From: Ranitomeya imitator
Taxonomy: Eukaryota
Reading direction: 5' to 3'
Length of the DNA stretch: 64,000 bases
NCBI RefSeq assembly: GCF_032444005.1
Contig: NC_091283.1
Location: 54,002,001 to 54,066,000 of the forward strand
Shown piece after piece: positions 1 to 18,000 of this stretch. The first letter of the stretch is position 1; every line of letters begins with the position of its first letter. The notes under the pieces are model-generated. The model was not told where the DNA came from. It saw only the letters and a list, made by a program, of their open reading frames with translations, and searched no databases. A program made the position numbers and the translations under genes.

Positions 1-3000
1 TTACACATCACCGGCTCTGCTACATCACGTGTGCCCTGGTCTATATATACTGTATCATCACTACATTGTACTTACACATCACCGACTCTACTACATCACA
101 TGTGCCCTGGTCTATATATACTGTATCATCACTACATTGTACTTACACATCACCGACTCTACTACATCACGTGTGCCCTGGTCTATATATACTGTATCAT
201 CACTACATTGTACTTACACATCACCGACTCTACTACATCACGTGCGCCCTGGTCTATATATACTGTATCATCACTACATTGTACTTACACATCACCGACT
301 CTACTACATCACATGTGCCCTGGTCTATATATACTGTATCATCACTACATTGTACTTACACATCACCGACTCTACTACATCACATGTGCCCTGGTCTATA
401 TATACTGTATCATCACTACATTGTACTTACACATCACCGACTCTGCTACATCACGTGTGCCCTGGTCTATATATACTGTATCATCACTACATTGTACTTA
501 CACATCACCGACTCTACTACATCACGTGTGCCCTGGTCTATATATACTGTATCATCACTACATTGTACTTACACATCTCCGACTCTACTACATCACATGT
601 GCCCTGGTCTATATATACTGTATCATCACTACATTATACTTACACATCACCGACTCTGCTACATCACGTGCGCCCTGGTCTATATATACTGTATCATCAC
701 TACATTATACTTACACATCACCGACTCTACTACATCACATGTGCCCTGGTCTATATATACTGTATCATCACTACATTATACTTACACATCACCGACTCTA
801 CTACATCACGTGTGCCCTGGTCTATATATACTGTATCATCACTACATTGTACTTACACATCTCCGACTCTACTACATCACATGTGCCCTGGTCTATATAT
901 ACTGTATCATCACTACATTATACTTACACATCACCGACTCTGCTACATCACATGTGCCCTGGTCTATATATACTGTATCATCACTACATTGTACTTACAC
1001 ATCACCGACTCTACTACATCACGTGCGCCCTGGTCTATATATACTGTATCATCACTACATTGTACTTACACATCACCGACTCTACTACATCACGTGTGTC
1101 CTGGTCTATATATACTGTATCATCACTACATTGTACTTACACATCGCCGACTCTACTACATCACGTGTGCCCTGGTCTATATATACTGTATCATCACTAC
1201 ATTGTACTTACACATCACCGACTCTTCTACATCACGTGTGTCCTGGTCTATATATACTGTATCATCACTACATTGTACTTACACATCACCGGCTCTGCTA
1301 CATCACGAGTGCCCTGGTCTATATATACTGTATCATCACTACATTGTACTTACACATCACCGACTCTACTACATCACGTGCGCCCTGGTCTATATATACT
1401 GTATCATCACTACATTGTACTTACACATCGCCGACTCTACTACATCACATGCGCCCTGGTCTATATATACTGTATCATCACTACATTGTACTTACACATC
1501 ACCGACTCTACTACATCACGTGTGCCCTGGTCTATATATACTGTATCATCACTACATTGTACTTACACATCACCGACTCTACTACATCACATGTGCCCTG
1601 GTCTATATATACTGTATCATCACTACATTGTACTTACACATATCCGACTCTGCTACATCACATGTGCCCTGGTCTATATATACTGTATCATCACTACATT
1701 GTACTTACACATCACCGACTCTACTACATCACGTGCGCCCTGGTCTATATATACTGTATCATCACTACATTATACTTACACATCGCCGACTCTGCTACAT
1801 CACGTGTGTCCTGGTCTATATATACTGTATCATCACTACATTGTACTTACACATCACCGACTCTTCTACATCACGTGTGCCCTGGTCTATATATACTGTA
1901 TCATCACTACATTGTACTTACACATCGCCGACTCTGCTACATCACGTGTGTCCTGGTCTATATATACTGTATCATCACTACATTGTACTTACACATCACC
2001 GACTCTACTACATCACGTGTGCCCTGGTCTATATATACTGTATCATCACTACATTGTACTTACACATCACCGACTCTACTACATCACGTGTGCCCTGGTC
2101 TATATATACTGTATCATCACTACATTGTACTTACACATCACCGACTCTACTACATCACGTGCGCCCTGGTCTATATATACTGTATCATCACTACATTGTA
2201 CTTACACATCGCCGACTCTACTACATCACATGTGCCCTGGTCTATATATACTGTATCATCACTACATTGTACTTACACATCACCGACTCTACTACATCAC
2301 GTGCGCCCTGGTCTATATATACTGTATCATCACTACATTGTACTTACACATCGCCGACTCTACTACATCACATGTGCCCTGGTCTATATATACTGTATCA
2401 TCACTACATTGTACTTACACATCACCGACTCTACTACATCACGTGCGCCCTGGTCTATATATACTGTATCATCACTACATTGTACTTACACATCGCCGAC
2501 TCTGCTACATCACGTGTGTCCTGGTCTATATATACTGTATCATCACTACATTGTACTTACACATCACCGACTCTACTACATCACGTGCGCCCTGGTCTAT
2601 ATATACTGTATCATCACTACATTGTACTTACACATCGCCGACTCTGCTACATCACGTGTGTCCTGGTCTATATATACTGTATCATCACTACATTGTACTT
2701 ACATATCACCGACTCTACTACATCACGTGCGCCCTGGTCTATATATACTGTATCATCACTACATTGTACTTACACATCGCCGACTCTACTACATCACGTG
2801 CGCCCTGGTCTATATATACTGTATCATCACTACATTGTACTTACACATCGCCGACTCTGCTACATCACGTGTGTCCTGGTCTATATATACTGTATCATGA
2901 CTACATTGTACTTACACATCACCGACTCTACTACATCACGTGCGCCCTGGTCTATATATACTGTATCATCACTACATTGTACTTACACATCGCCGACTCT

Positions 3001-6000
3001 GCTACATCACGTGTGTCCTGGTCTATATATACTGTATCATCACTACATTGTACTTACACATCACCGACTCTACTACATCACGTGTACCCTGGTCTATATA
3101 TACTGTATCATCACTACATTATACTTACACATCACCGACTCTACTACATCACGTGTGCCCTGGTCTATATATACTGTATCATCACTACATTGTACTTACA
3201 CATCACCGACTCTACTACATCACGTGTGCCCTGGTCTATATATACTGTATCATCACTACATTGTACTTACACATCACCGACTCTACTACATCACGTGTGC
3301 CCTGGTCTATATATACTGTATCATCACTACATTGTACTTACACATCACCGACTCTACTACATCACGTGTACCCTGGTCTATATATACTGTATCATCACTA
3401 CATTGTACTTACACATCACCGACTCTACTACATCACGTGTACCCTGGTCTATATATACTGTATCATCACTACATTGTACTTACACATATCCGACTCTGCT
3501 ACATCACATGTGCCCTGGTCTATATATACTGTATCATCACTACATTATACTTACACATCACCGACTCTGCTACATCACGTGTGCCCTGGTCTATATATAC
3601 TGTATCATCACTACATTGTACTTACACATCACCGACTCTACTACATCACGTGTGCCCTGGTCTATATATACTGTATCATCACTACATTGTACTTACACAT
3701 CACCGGCTCTACTACATCACGTGTGTCCTGGTCTATATATACTGTATCATCACTACATTGTACTTACACATCTCCGACTCTACTACATCACGTGTGCCCT
3801 GGTCTATATATACTGTATCATCACTACATTGTACTTACACATCACCGACTCTACTACATCACGTGTGTCCTGGTCTATATATACTGTATCATCACTACAT
3901 TGTACTTACACATCGCCGACTCTACTACATCACGTGTGCCCTGGTCTATATATACTGTATCATCACTACATTGTACTTACACATCACCGACTCTACTACA
4001 TCACGTGTGTCCTGGTCTATATATACTGTATCATCACTACATTGTACTTACACATCGCCGACTCTACTACATCACGTGTGCCCTGGTCTATATATACTGT
4101 ATCATCACTACATTGTACTTACACATCACCGACTCTACTACATCACGTGTGCCCTGGTCTATATATACTGTATCATCACTACATTGTACTTACACATCAC
4201 CGACTCTACTACATCACGTGTACCCTGGTCTATATATACTGTATCATCACTACATTGTACTTACACATCACCGACTCTACTACATCACGTGTACCCTGGT
4301 CTATATATACTGTATCATCACTACATTGTACTTACACATCACCGACTCTGCTACATCACGTGTACCCTGGTCTATATATACTGTATCATCACTACATTGT
4401 ACTTACACATATCCGACTCTGCTACATCACATGTGCCCTGGTCTATATATACTGTATCATCACTACATTATACTTACACATCACCGACTCTGCTACATCA
4501 CGTGTGCCCTGGTCTATATATACTGTATCATCACTACATTGTACTTACACATCACCGACTCTACTACATCACGTGTGCCCTGGTCTATATATACTGTATC
4601 ATCACTACATTGTACTTACACATCACCGACTCTACTACATCACGTGTGTCCTGGTCTATATATACTGTATCATCACTACATTGTACTTACACATCACCGA
4701 CTCTACTACATCACGTGTGTCCTGGTCTATATATACTGTATCATCACTACATTGTACTTACACATCGCCGACTCTACTACATCACGTGTGCCCTGGTCTA
4801 TATATACTGTATCATCACTACATTGTACTTACACATCACCGACTCTACTACATCACATGCGCCCTGGTCTATATATACTGTATCATCACTACATTGTACT
4901 TACACATCACCGACTCTACTACATCACGTGTGTCCTGGTCTATATATACTGTATCATCACTACATAGTACTTACACATCACCGACTCTGCTACATCACGT
5001 GCGCCCTGGTCTATATATACTGTATCATCACTACATTGTACTTACACATCACCGACTCTACTACATCACGTGTGTCCTGGTCTATATATACTGTATCATC
5101 ACTACATTGTACTTACACATCACCGACTCTACTACATCACGTGTGCCCTGGTCTATATACACTGTATCATCACTACATTGTACTTACACATCACCGACTC
5201 TACTACATCACGTGTGCCCTGGTCTATATATACTGTATCATCACTACATTGTACTTACACATCACCGACTCTACTACATCACGTGTGCCCTGGTCTATAT
5301 ACACTGTATCATCACTACATTGTACTTACACATCACCGACTCTACTACATCACATGTGCCCTGGTCTATATATACTGTATCATCACTACATTGTACTTAC
5401 ACATCACCGACTCTGCTACATCACGTGCGCCCTGGTCTATATATACTGTATCATCACTACATTGTACTTACACATCACCGACTCTACTACATCACGTGTG
5501 CCCTGGTCTATATATACTGTATCATCACTACATTGTACTTACACATATCCGACTCTACTACATCACGTGTGCCCTGGTCTATATATACTGTATCATCACT
5601 ACATTGTACTTACACATCACCGACTCTGCTACATCACGTGCGCCCTGGTCTATATATACTGTATCATCACTACATTGTACTTACACATCACCGACTCTAC
5701 TACATCACGTGTGCCCTGGTCTATATATACTGTATCATCACTACATTGTACTTACACATATCCGACTCTACTACATCACGTGTGCCCTGGTCTATATATA
5801 CTGTATTATCACTACATTGTACTTACACATCACCGACTCTGCTACATCACGTGCGCCCTGGTCTATATATACTGTATCATCACTACATTGTACTTACACA
5901 TATCCGACTCTACTACATCACGTGTGCCCTGGTCTATATATACTGTATCATCACTACATTGTACTTACACATATCCGACTCTACTACATCACGTGTGCCC

Positions 6001-9000
6001 TGGTCTATATATACTGTATCATCACTACATTGTACTTACACATATCCGACTCTACTACATCACGTGTGCCCCGGTCTATATATACTGTATCATCACTATA
6101 TTGTACTTACACATCGCCGACTCTACTACATCACGTGTGTCCTGGTCTATATATACTGTATCATCACTACATTGTACTTACACATCACCGACTCTACTAC
6201 ATCACGTGTGCCCTGGTCTATATATACTGTATCATCACTACATTGTACTTACACATCACCGACTCTTCTACATCACGTGCACCCTGGTCTATATATACTG
6301 TATCATCACTACATTGTACTTACACATCTCCGACTCTACTACATCACGTGTGCCCTGGTCTATATATACTGTATCATCACTACATTGTACTTACACATCA
6401 CCGACTCTACTACATCACGTGTGCCCTGGTCTATATATACTGTATCATCACTACATTATACTTACACATCACCGACTCTACTACATCACGTGTACCCTGG
6501 TCTATATATACTGTATCATCACTACATTATACTTACACATCACCGACTCTGCTACATCACATGTGCCCTGGTCTATATATACTGTATCATCACTACATTG
6601 TACTTACACATATCCGACTCTACTACATCACGTGCGCCCTGGTCTATATATACTGTATCATCACTATATTGTACTTACACATCGCCGACTCTACTACATC
6701 ACGTGTGCCCTGGTCTATATATACTGTATCATCACTACATTGTACTTACACATCACCGGCTCTGCTACATCACGTGTGTCCTGGTCTATATATACTGTAT
6801 CATCACTACATTGTACTTACACATCACCGACTCTACTACATCACGTGTGCCCTGGTCTATATATACTGTATCATCACTACATTGTACTTACACATCACCG
6901 ACTCTACTACATCACGTGTGCCCTGGTCTATATATACTGTATCATCACTACATTGTACTTACACATATCCGACTCTACTACATCACGTGTGCCCTGGTCT
7001 ATATATACTGTATCATCACTACATTATACTTACACATCACCGACTCTGCTACATCACGTGTGTCCTGGTCTATATATACTGTATCATCACTACATTGTAC
7101 TTACACATCACCGACTCTACTACATCACGTGTGCCCTGGTCTATATATACTGTATCATCACTACATTGTACTTACACATCACCGGCTCTACTACATCACA
7201 TGTGTCCTGGTCTATATATACTGTATCATCACTACATTGTACTTACACATCACCGGCTCTACTACATCACGTGTGTCCTGGTCTATATATACTGTATCAT
7301 CACTACATTATACTTACACATCACCGACTCTACTACATCACGTGTGCCCTGGTCTATATATACTGTATCATCACTACATTGTACTTACACATCACCGACT
7401 CTACTACATCACATGTGCCCTGGTCTATATATACTGTATCATCACTACATTGTACTTACACATCACCGACTCTACTACATCACGTGTACCCTGGTCTATA
7501 TATACTGTATCATCACTACATTGTACTTACACATCACCGACTCTACTACATCACGTGTGTCCTGGTCTATATATACTGTATCATCACTACATTGTACTTA
7601 CACATCACCGACTCTACTACATCACGTGTGCCCTGGTCTATATATACTGTATCATCACTACATTGTACTTACACATCACCGACTCTACTACATCACATGT
7701 GCCCTGGTCTATATATACTGTATCATCACTACATTGTACTTACACATCACCGGCTCTACTACATCACGTGTGCCCTGGTCTATATATACTGTATCATCAC
7801 TACATTGTACTTACACATCACCGACTCTACTACATCACGTGTGCCCTGGTCTATATATACTGTATCATCACTACATTATGCTTACACATCACCGACTCTA
7901 CTACATCACATGTGTCCTGGTCTATATATACTGTATCATCACTACATTGTACTTACACATCACCGACTCTACTACATCACGTGTGCCCTGGTCTATATAT
8001 ACTGTATCATCACTACATTATGCTTACACATCACCGACTCTACTACATCACATGTGCCCTGGTCTATATATACTGTATCATCACTACATTGTACTTACAC
8101 ATCACCGACTCTACTACATCACGTGTGTCCTGGTCTATATATACTGTATCATCACTACATTGTACTTACACATCACCGACTCTTCTACATCACGTGTGTC
8201 CTGGTCTATATATACTGTATCATCACTACATTGTACTTACACATCACCGACTCTACTACATCACGTGTGTCCTGGTCTATATATACTGTATCATCACTAC
8301 ATTGTACTTACACATCACCGACTCTACTACATCACGTGTACCCTGGTCTATATATACTGTATCATCACTACATTATACTTACACATCACCGACTCTACTA
8401 CATCACGTGTGCCCTGGTCTATATATACTGTATCATCACTACATTGTACTTACACATCACCGACTCTACTACATCACGTGTGTCCTGGTCTATATATACT
8501 GTATCATCACTACATTGTACTTACACATCACCGGCTCTACTACATCACGTGTGCCCTGGTCTATATATACTGTATCATCACTACATTGTACTTACACATC
8601 ACCGACTCTGCTACATCACATGTGCCCTGGTCTATATATACTGTATCATCACTACATTGTACTTACACATCACCGACTCTACTACATCACGTGTGCCCTG
8701 GTCTATATATACTGTATCATCACTACATTGTACTTACACATCACCGACTCTACTACATCACGTGTGTCCTGGTCTATATATACTGTATCATCACTACATT
8801 ATACTTACACATCACCGACTCTGCTACATCACATGTGCCCTGGTCTATATATACTGTATCATCACTACATTGTACTTACACATCACCGACTCTACTACAT
8901 CACGTGTGCCCTGGTCTATATATACTGTATCATCACTACATTATACTTACACATCACCGACTCTACTACATCACATGTGTCCTGGTCTATATATACTGTG

Positions 9001-12000
9001 TCATCACTACATTGTACTTACACATCACCGGCTCTACTACATCACGTGTGTCCTGGTCTATATATACTGTATCATCACTACATTGTACTTACACATCACC
9101 GACTCTACTACATCACGTGTGCCCTGGTCTATATATACTGTATCATCACTACATTGTACTTACACATCACCGACTCTACTACATCACGTGTGTCCTGGTC
9201 TATATATACTGTATCATCACTACATTGTACTTACACATCTCCGACTCTACTACATCACGTGTGCCCTGGTCTATATATACTGTATCATCACTATATTGTA
9301 CTTACACATCTCCGACTCTACTACATCACGTGTGTCCTGGTCTATATATACTGTATCATCACTACATTATACTTACACATCACCGACTCTGCTACATCAC
9401 ATGTGCCCTGGTCTATATATACTGTATCATCACTACATTGTACTTACACATCACCGACTCTACTACATCACGTGTGCCCTGGTCTATATATACTGTATCA
9501 TCACTACATTGTACTTACACATCACCGACTCTACTACATCACGTGTGTCCTGGTCTATATATACTGTATCATCACTACATTGTACTTACACATCACCGGC
9601 TCTACTACATCACGTGTGCCCTGGTCTATATATACTGTATCATCACTACATTATACTTACACATCACCGACTCTACTACATCACGTGTGTCCTGGTCTAT
9701 ATATACTGTATCATCACTACATTGTACTTACACATCACCGGCTCTACTACATCACGTGTGCCCTGGTCTATATATACTGTATCATCACTACATTGTACTT
9801 ACACATCACCGACTCTGCTACATCACGTGTGCCCTGGTCTATATATACTGTATCATCACTACATTATACTTACACATCACCGACTCTACTACATCACGTG
9901 TGTCCTGGTCTATATATACTGTATCATCACTACATTGTACTTACACATCACCGACTCTACTACATCACATGTGCCCTGGTCTATATATACTGTATCATCA
10001 CTACATTGTACTTACACATCACCGACTCTACTACATCACGTGTGTCCTGGTCTATATATACTGTATCATCACTACATTGTACTTACACATCACCGACTCT
10101 ACTACATCACGTGTGTCCTGGTCTATATATACTGTATCATCACTACATTGTACTTACACATCACCGACTCTACTACATCACATGTGCCCTGGTCTATATA
10201 TACTGTATCATCACTACATTGTACTTACACATCGCCGGCTCTGCTACATCACATGTGCCCTGGTCTATATATACTGTATCATCACTACATTGTACTTACA
10301 CATCACCGACTCTACTACATCACGTGTGTCCTGGTCTATATATACTGTATCATCACTACATTGTACTTACACATCACCGACTCTACTACATCACATGTGC
10401 CCTGGTCTATATATACTGTATCATCACTACATTGTACTTACACATCACCGACTCTACTACATCACATGTGCCCTGGTCTATATATACTGTATCATCACTA
10501 CATTGTACTTACACATCACCGACTCTGCTACATCACGTGTGCCCTGGTCTATATATACTGTATCATCACTACATTGTACTTACACATCGCCGGCTCTGCT
10601 ACATCACATGTGCCCTGGTCTATATATACTGTATCATCACTACATTGTACTTACACATCACCGACTCTGCTACATCACGTGTGCCCTGGTCTATATATAC
10701 TGTATCATCACTACATTGTACTTACACATCACCGACTCTACTACATCACGTGTGCCCTGGTCTATATATACTGTATCATCACTACATTGTACTTACACAT
10801 CACCGACTCTACTACATCACGTGTGCCCTGGTCTATATATACTGTATCATCACTACATTGTACTTACAAATCACCGACTCTGCTACATCACGTGTGCCCT
10901 GGTCTATATATACTGTATCATCACTACATTGTACTTACACATCACCGACTCTACTACATCACGTGTACCCTGGTCTATATATACTGTATCATCACTACAT
11001 TATACTTACACATCACCGACTCTACTACATCACGTGTGCCCTGGTCTATATATACTGTATCATCACTACATTGTACTTACACATCACCGACTCTGCTACA
11101 TCACGTGTGTCCTGGTCTATATATACTGTATCATCACTACATTGTACTTACACATCACCGACTCTACTACATCACGTGTGCCCTGGTCTATATATACTGT
11201 ATCATCACTACATTATACTTACACATCACCGACTCTACTACATCACGTGTGTCCTGGTCTATATATACTGTATCATCACTACATTGTACTTACACATCAC
11301 CGACTCTACTACATCACGTGTGCCCTGGTCTATATATACTGTATCATCACTACATTGTACTTACACATCACCGACTCTACTACATCACGTGTGCCCTGGT
11401 CTATATATACTGTATCATCACTACATTGTACTTACACATCACCGACTCTACTACATCACGTGTGCCCTGGTCTATATATACTGTATCATCACTACATTGT
11501 ACTTACACATCACCGACTCTACTACATCACGTGTGCCCTGGTCTATATATACTGTATCATCACTACATTATACTTACACATCACCGACTCTACTACATCA
11601 CGTGTGCCCTGGTCTATATATACTGTATCATCACTACATTATACTTACACATCACCGACTCTACTACATCACGTGTGCCCTGGTCTATATATACTGTATC
11701 ATCACTACATTGTACTTACACATCACCGACTCTACTACATCACGTGTGCCCTGGTCTATATATACTGTATCATCACTACATTATACTTACACATCACCGA
11801 CTCTACTACATCACGTGTGCCCTGGTCTATATATACTGTATCATCACTACATTATACTTATACATCACCGACTCTACTACATCACGTGTGTCCTGGTCTA
11901 TATATACTGTATCATCACTACATTGTACTTACACATCACCGACTCTGCTACATCACGTGCGCCCTGGTCTATATATACTGTATCATCACTACATTGTACT

Positions 12001-15000
12001 TACACATCACCGACTCTGCTACATCACGTGTGTCCTGGTCTATATATACTGTGTCATCACTACATTGTACTTACACATCACCGGCTCTACTACATCACGT
12101 GTGCCCTGGTCTATATATACTGTATCATCACTACATTGTACTTACACATCACCGGCTCTACTACATCACGTGTGCCCTGGTCTATATATACTGTATCATC
12201 ACTACATTGTACTTACACATCGCCGGCTCTGCTACATCACGTGTGCCCTGGTCTATATATACTGTATCATCACTACATTGTACTTACACATCACCGACTC
12301 TACTACATCACATGTGCCCTGGTCTATATATACTGTATCATCACTACATTGTACTTACACATCACCGACTCTACTACATCACGTGTGCCCTGGTCTATAT
12401 ATACTGTATCATCACTACATTATACTTACACATCACCGACTCTACTACATCACGTGTGCCCTGGTCTATATATACTGTATCATCACTACATTGTACTTAC
12501 ACATCACCGACTCTACTACATCACGTGTGCCCTGGTCTATATATACTGTATCATCACTACATTGTACTTACACATCACCGACTCTACTACATCACGTGTG
12601 CCCTGGTCTATATATACTGTATCATCACTACATTGTACTTACACATCACCGACTCTACTACATCACGTGTGCCCTGGTCTATATATACTGTATCATCACT
12701 ACATTGTACTTACACATCACCGACTCTACTACATCACGTGCGCCCTGGTCTATATATACTGTATCATCACTACATTGTACTTACACATCACCGACTCTAC
12801 TACATCACGTGTGCCCTGGTCTATATATACTGTATCATCACTACATTGTACTTACACATCACCGACTCTACTACATCACGTGTGCCCTGGTCTATATATA
12901 CTGTATCATCACTACATTGTACTTACACATCACCGACTCTACTACATCACGTGTGCCCTGGTCTATATATACTGTATCATCACTACATTATACTTACACA
13001 TCACCGACTCTACTACATCACGTGTGCCCTGGTCTATATATACTGTATCATCACTACATTGTACTTACACATCACCGACTCTACTACATCACGTGTGCCC
13101 TGGTCTATATATACTGTATCATCACTACATTATACTTACACATCACCGACTCTACTACATCACGTGTGCCCTGGTCTATATATACTGTATCATCACTACA
13201 TTGTACTTACACATCACCGGCTCTACTACATCACATGTGCCCTGGTCTATATATACTGTATCATCACTACATTGTACTTACACATCACCGACTCTTCTAC
13301 ATCACATGTGCCCTGGTCTATATATACTGTATCATCACTACATTGTACTTACACATCTCCGACTCTACTACATCACGTGTGCCCTGGTCTATATATACTG
13401 TATCATCACTACATTATACATACACATCACCGACTCTACTACATCACGAGCGTCCTGGTCTATATATACTGTATCATCACTACATTATACTTACACATCA
13501 CCGACTCTACTACATCACGTGTGCCCTGGTCTATATATACTGTATCATCACTACATTGTACTTACACATCACCGACTCTACTACATCACATGTGCCCTGG
13601 TCTATATATACTGTATCATCACTACATTGTACTTACACATCACCGACTCTTCTACATCACATGTGCCCTGGTCTATATATACTGTATCATCACTACATTG
13701 TACTTACACATCTCCGACTCTACTACATCACGTGTGCCCTGGTCTATATATACTGTATCATCACTACATTATACTTACACATCACCGACTCTACTACATC
13801 ACGAGCGTCCTGGTCTATATATACTGTATCATCACTACATTATACTTACACATCACCGACTCTACTACATCACGTGTGCCCTGGTCTATATATACTGTAT
13901 CATCACTACATTGTACTTACACATCACCGACTCTACTACATCACGTGTCCCCTGGTCTATATATACTGTATCATCACTACATTGTACTTACACATCACCG
14001 ACTCTACTACATCACATGTGCCCTGGTCTATATATACTGTATCATCACTACATTGTACTTACACATCACCGACTCTACTACATCACGTGTGCCCTGGTCT
14101 ATATATACTGTATCATCACTACATTATACTTACACATCACCGACTCTACTACATCACGTGTGCCCTGGTCTATATATACTGTATCATCACTACATTATAC
14201 TTACACATCACCGACTCTGCTACATCACATGTGCCCTGGTCTATATATACTGTATCATCACTACATTGTACTTACACATCACCGACTCTACTACATCACG
14301 TGTGCCCTGGTCTATATATACTGTATCATCACTACATTGTACTTACACATCGCCGACTCTACTACATCACGTGTGTCCTGGTCTATATATACTGTATCAT
14401 CACTACATTATACTTACACATCACCGACTCTACTACATCACATGTGCCCTGGTCTATATATACTGTATCATCACTACATTGTACTTACACATCGCCGACT
14501 CTACTACATCACGTGTGTCCTGGTCTATATATACTGTATCATCACTACATTGTACTTACACATCGCCGACTCTACTACATCACGTGTGCCCTGGTCTATA
14601 TATACTGTATCATCACTACATTGTACTTACACATCACCGACTCTACTACATCACGTGTGTCCTGGTCTATATATACTGTATCATCACTACATTGTACTTA
14701 CACATCACCGACTCTACTACATCACGTGTGCCCTGGTCTATATATACTGTATCATCACTACATTGTACCTACACATCACCGACTCTGCTACATCACGACT
14801 ACATTGTACTTACACATCACCGACTCTGCTACATCACGTGTGCCCTGGTCTATATATACTGTATCATCACTACATTATACTTACACATCACCGGCTCTAC
14901 TACATCACGTGTGCCCTGGTCTATATATACTGTATCATCACTACATTGTACTTACACATCACCGACTCTACTACATCACGTGCGCCCTGGTCTATATATA

Positions 15001-18000
15001 CTGTATCATCACTACATTGTACTTACACATCACCGGCTCTGCTACATCACGTGTGCCCTGGTCTATATATACTGTATCATCACTACATTGTACTTACACA
15101 TCACCGGCTCTGCTACATCACGTGTGCCCTGGTCTATATATACTGTATCATCACTACATTGTACTTACACATCACCGACTCTACTACATCACGTGCGCCC
15201 TGGTCTATATATACTGTATCATCACTACATTGTACTTACACATCACCGGCTCTGCTACATCACGTGTGCCCTGGTCTATATATACTGTATCATCACTACA
15301 TTGTACTTACACATCACCGGCTCTGCTACATCACGTGTGCCCTGGTCTATATATACTGTATCATCACTACATTGTACTTACACATCACCGACTCTACTAC
15401 ATCACGTGCGCCCTGGTCTATATATACTGTATCATCACTACATTGTACTTACACATCACCGACTCTACTACATCACGTGCGCCCTGGTCTATATATACTG
15501 TATCATCACTACATTGTACTTACACATCACCGACTCTACTACATCACGTGTGCCCTGGTCTATATATACTGTATCATCACTACATTGTACTTACACATCT
15601 CCGACTCTACTACATCACGTGTGCCCTGGTCTATATATACTGTATCATCACTACATTGTACTTACACATCACCGACTCTTCTACATCACGTGTGCCCTGG
15701 TCTATATATACTGTATCATCACTACATTGTACTTACACATCGCCGACTCTACTACATCACATGTGCCCTGGTCTATATATACTGTATCATCACTACATTA
15801 TACTTACACATCACCGACTCTACTACATCACGTGTGTCCTGGTCTATATATACTGTATCATCACTACATTGTACTTACACATCACCGACTCTACTACATC
15901 ACGTGTGCCCTGGTCTATATATACTGTATCATCACTACATTATACTTACACATCACCGACTCTACTACATCACGTGTGTCCTGGTCTATATATACTGTAT
16001 CATCACTACATTGTACTTACACATCACCGACTCTACTACATCACGTGTGTCCTGGTCTATATATACTGTATCATCACTACATTGTACTTACACATCTCCG
16101 ACTCTACTACATCACGTGTGCCCTGGTCTATATATACTGTATCATCACTACATTGTACTTACACATCTCCGACTCTACTACATCACGTGTGTCCTGGTCT
16201 ATATATACTGTATCATCACTACATTGTACTTACACATCTCCGACTCTACTACATCACGTGTGTCCTGGTCTATATATACTGTATCATCACTACATTGTAC
16301 TTACACATCTCCGACTCTACTACATCACGTGTGCCCTGGTCTATATATACTGTATCATCACTACATTGTACTTACACATCACCGACTCTACTACATCACG
16401 TGTGTCCTGGTCTATATATACTGTATCATCACTACATTGTACTTACACATCACCGACTCTACTACATCACGTGTGTCCTGGTCTATATATACTGTATCAT
16501 CACTACATTGTACTTACACATCTCCGACTCTACTACATCACGTGTGTCCTGGTCTATATATACTGTATCATCACTACATTGTACTTACACATCTCCGACT
16601 CTACTACATCACGTGTGCCCTGGTCTATATATACTGTATCATCACTACATTGTACTTACACATCACCGACTCTACTACATCACGTGTGTCCTGGTCTATA
16701 TATACTGTATCATCACTACATTGTACTTACACATCTCCGACTCTACTACATCACGTGTGCCCTGGTCTATATATACTGTATCATCACTACATTATACTTA
16801 CACATCACCGACTCTACTACATCACGTGTGTCCTGGTCTATATATACTGTATCATCACTACATTGTACTTACACATCACCGACTCTACTACATCACGTGT
16901 GTCCTGGTCTATATATACTGTATCATCACTACATTATACTTACACATCACCGACTCTTCTACATCACGTGTGCCCTGGTCTATATATACTGTATCATCAC
17001 TACATTGTACTTACACATCGCCGACTCTACTACATCACATGTGCCCTGGTCTATATATACTGTATCATCACTACATTATACTTACACATCACCGACTCTA
17101 CTACATCACGTGTGCCCTGGTCTATATATACTGTATCATCACTACATTGTACTTACACATCACCGACTCTACTACATCACGTGTGCCCTGGTCTATATAT
17201 ACTGTATCATCACTACATTGTACTTACACATCTCCGACTCTACTACATCACGTGTGCCCTGGTCTATATATATACTGTATCATCACTACATTGTACTTAC
17301 ACATCACCGACTCTACTACATCACGTGTGCCCTGGTCTATATATACTGTATCATCACTACATTGTACTTACACATCACCGACTCTACTACATCACGTGTG
17401 CCCTGGTCTATATATACTGTATCATCACTACATTGTACTTACACATCTCCGACTCTACTACATCACGTGTGCCCTGGTCTATATATATACTGTATCATCA
17501 CTACATTGTACTTACACATCACCGACTCTACTACATCACGTGTGCCCTGGTCTATATATACTGTATCATCACTACATTGTACTTACACATCACCGACTCT
17601 ACTACATCACATGTGCCCTGGTCTATATATACTGTATCATCACTACATTGTACTTACACATCACCGACTCTACTACATCACATGTGCCCTGGTCTATATA
17701 TACTGTATCATCACTACATTATACTTACACATCACCGACTCTACTACATCACGTGTGTCCTGGTCTATATATACTGTATCATCACGACATTGTACTTACA
17801 CATCTCCGACTCTACTACATCACGTGTGCCCTGGTCTATATATACTGTATCATCACTACATTGTACTTACACATCTCCGACTCTACTACATCACGTGTGC
17901 CCTGGTCTATATATACTGTATCATCACTACATTGTACTTACACATCTCCGACTCTACTACATCACGTGTGCCCTGGTCTATATATATACTGTATCATCAC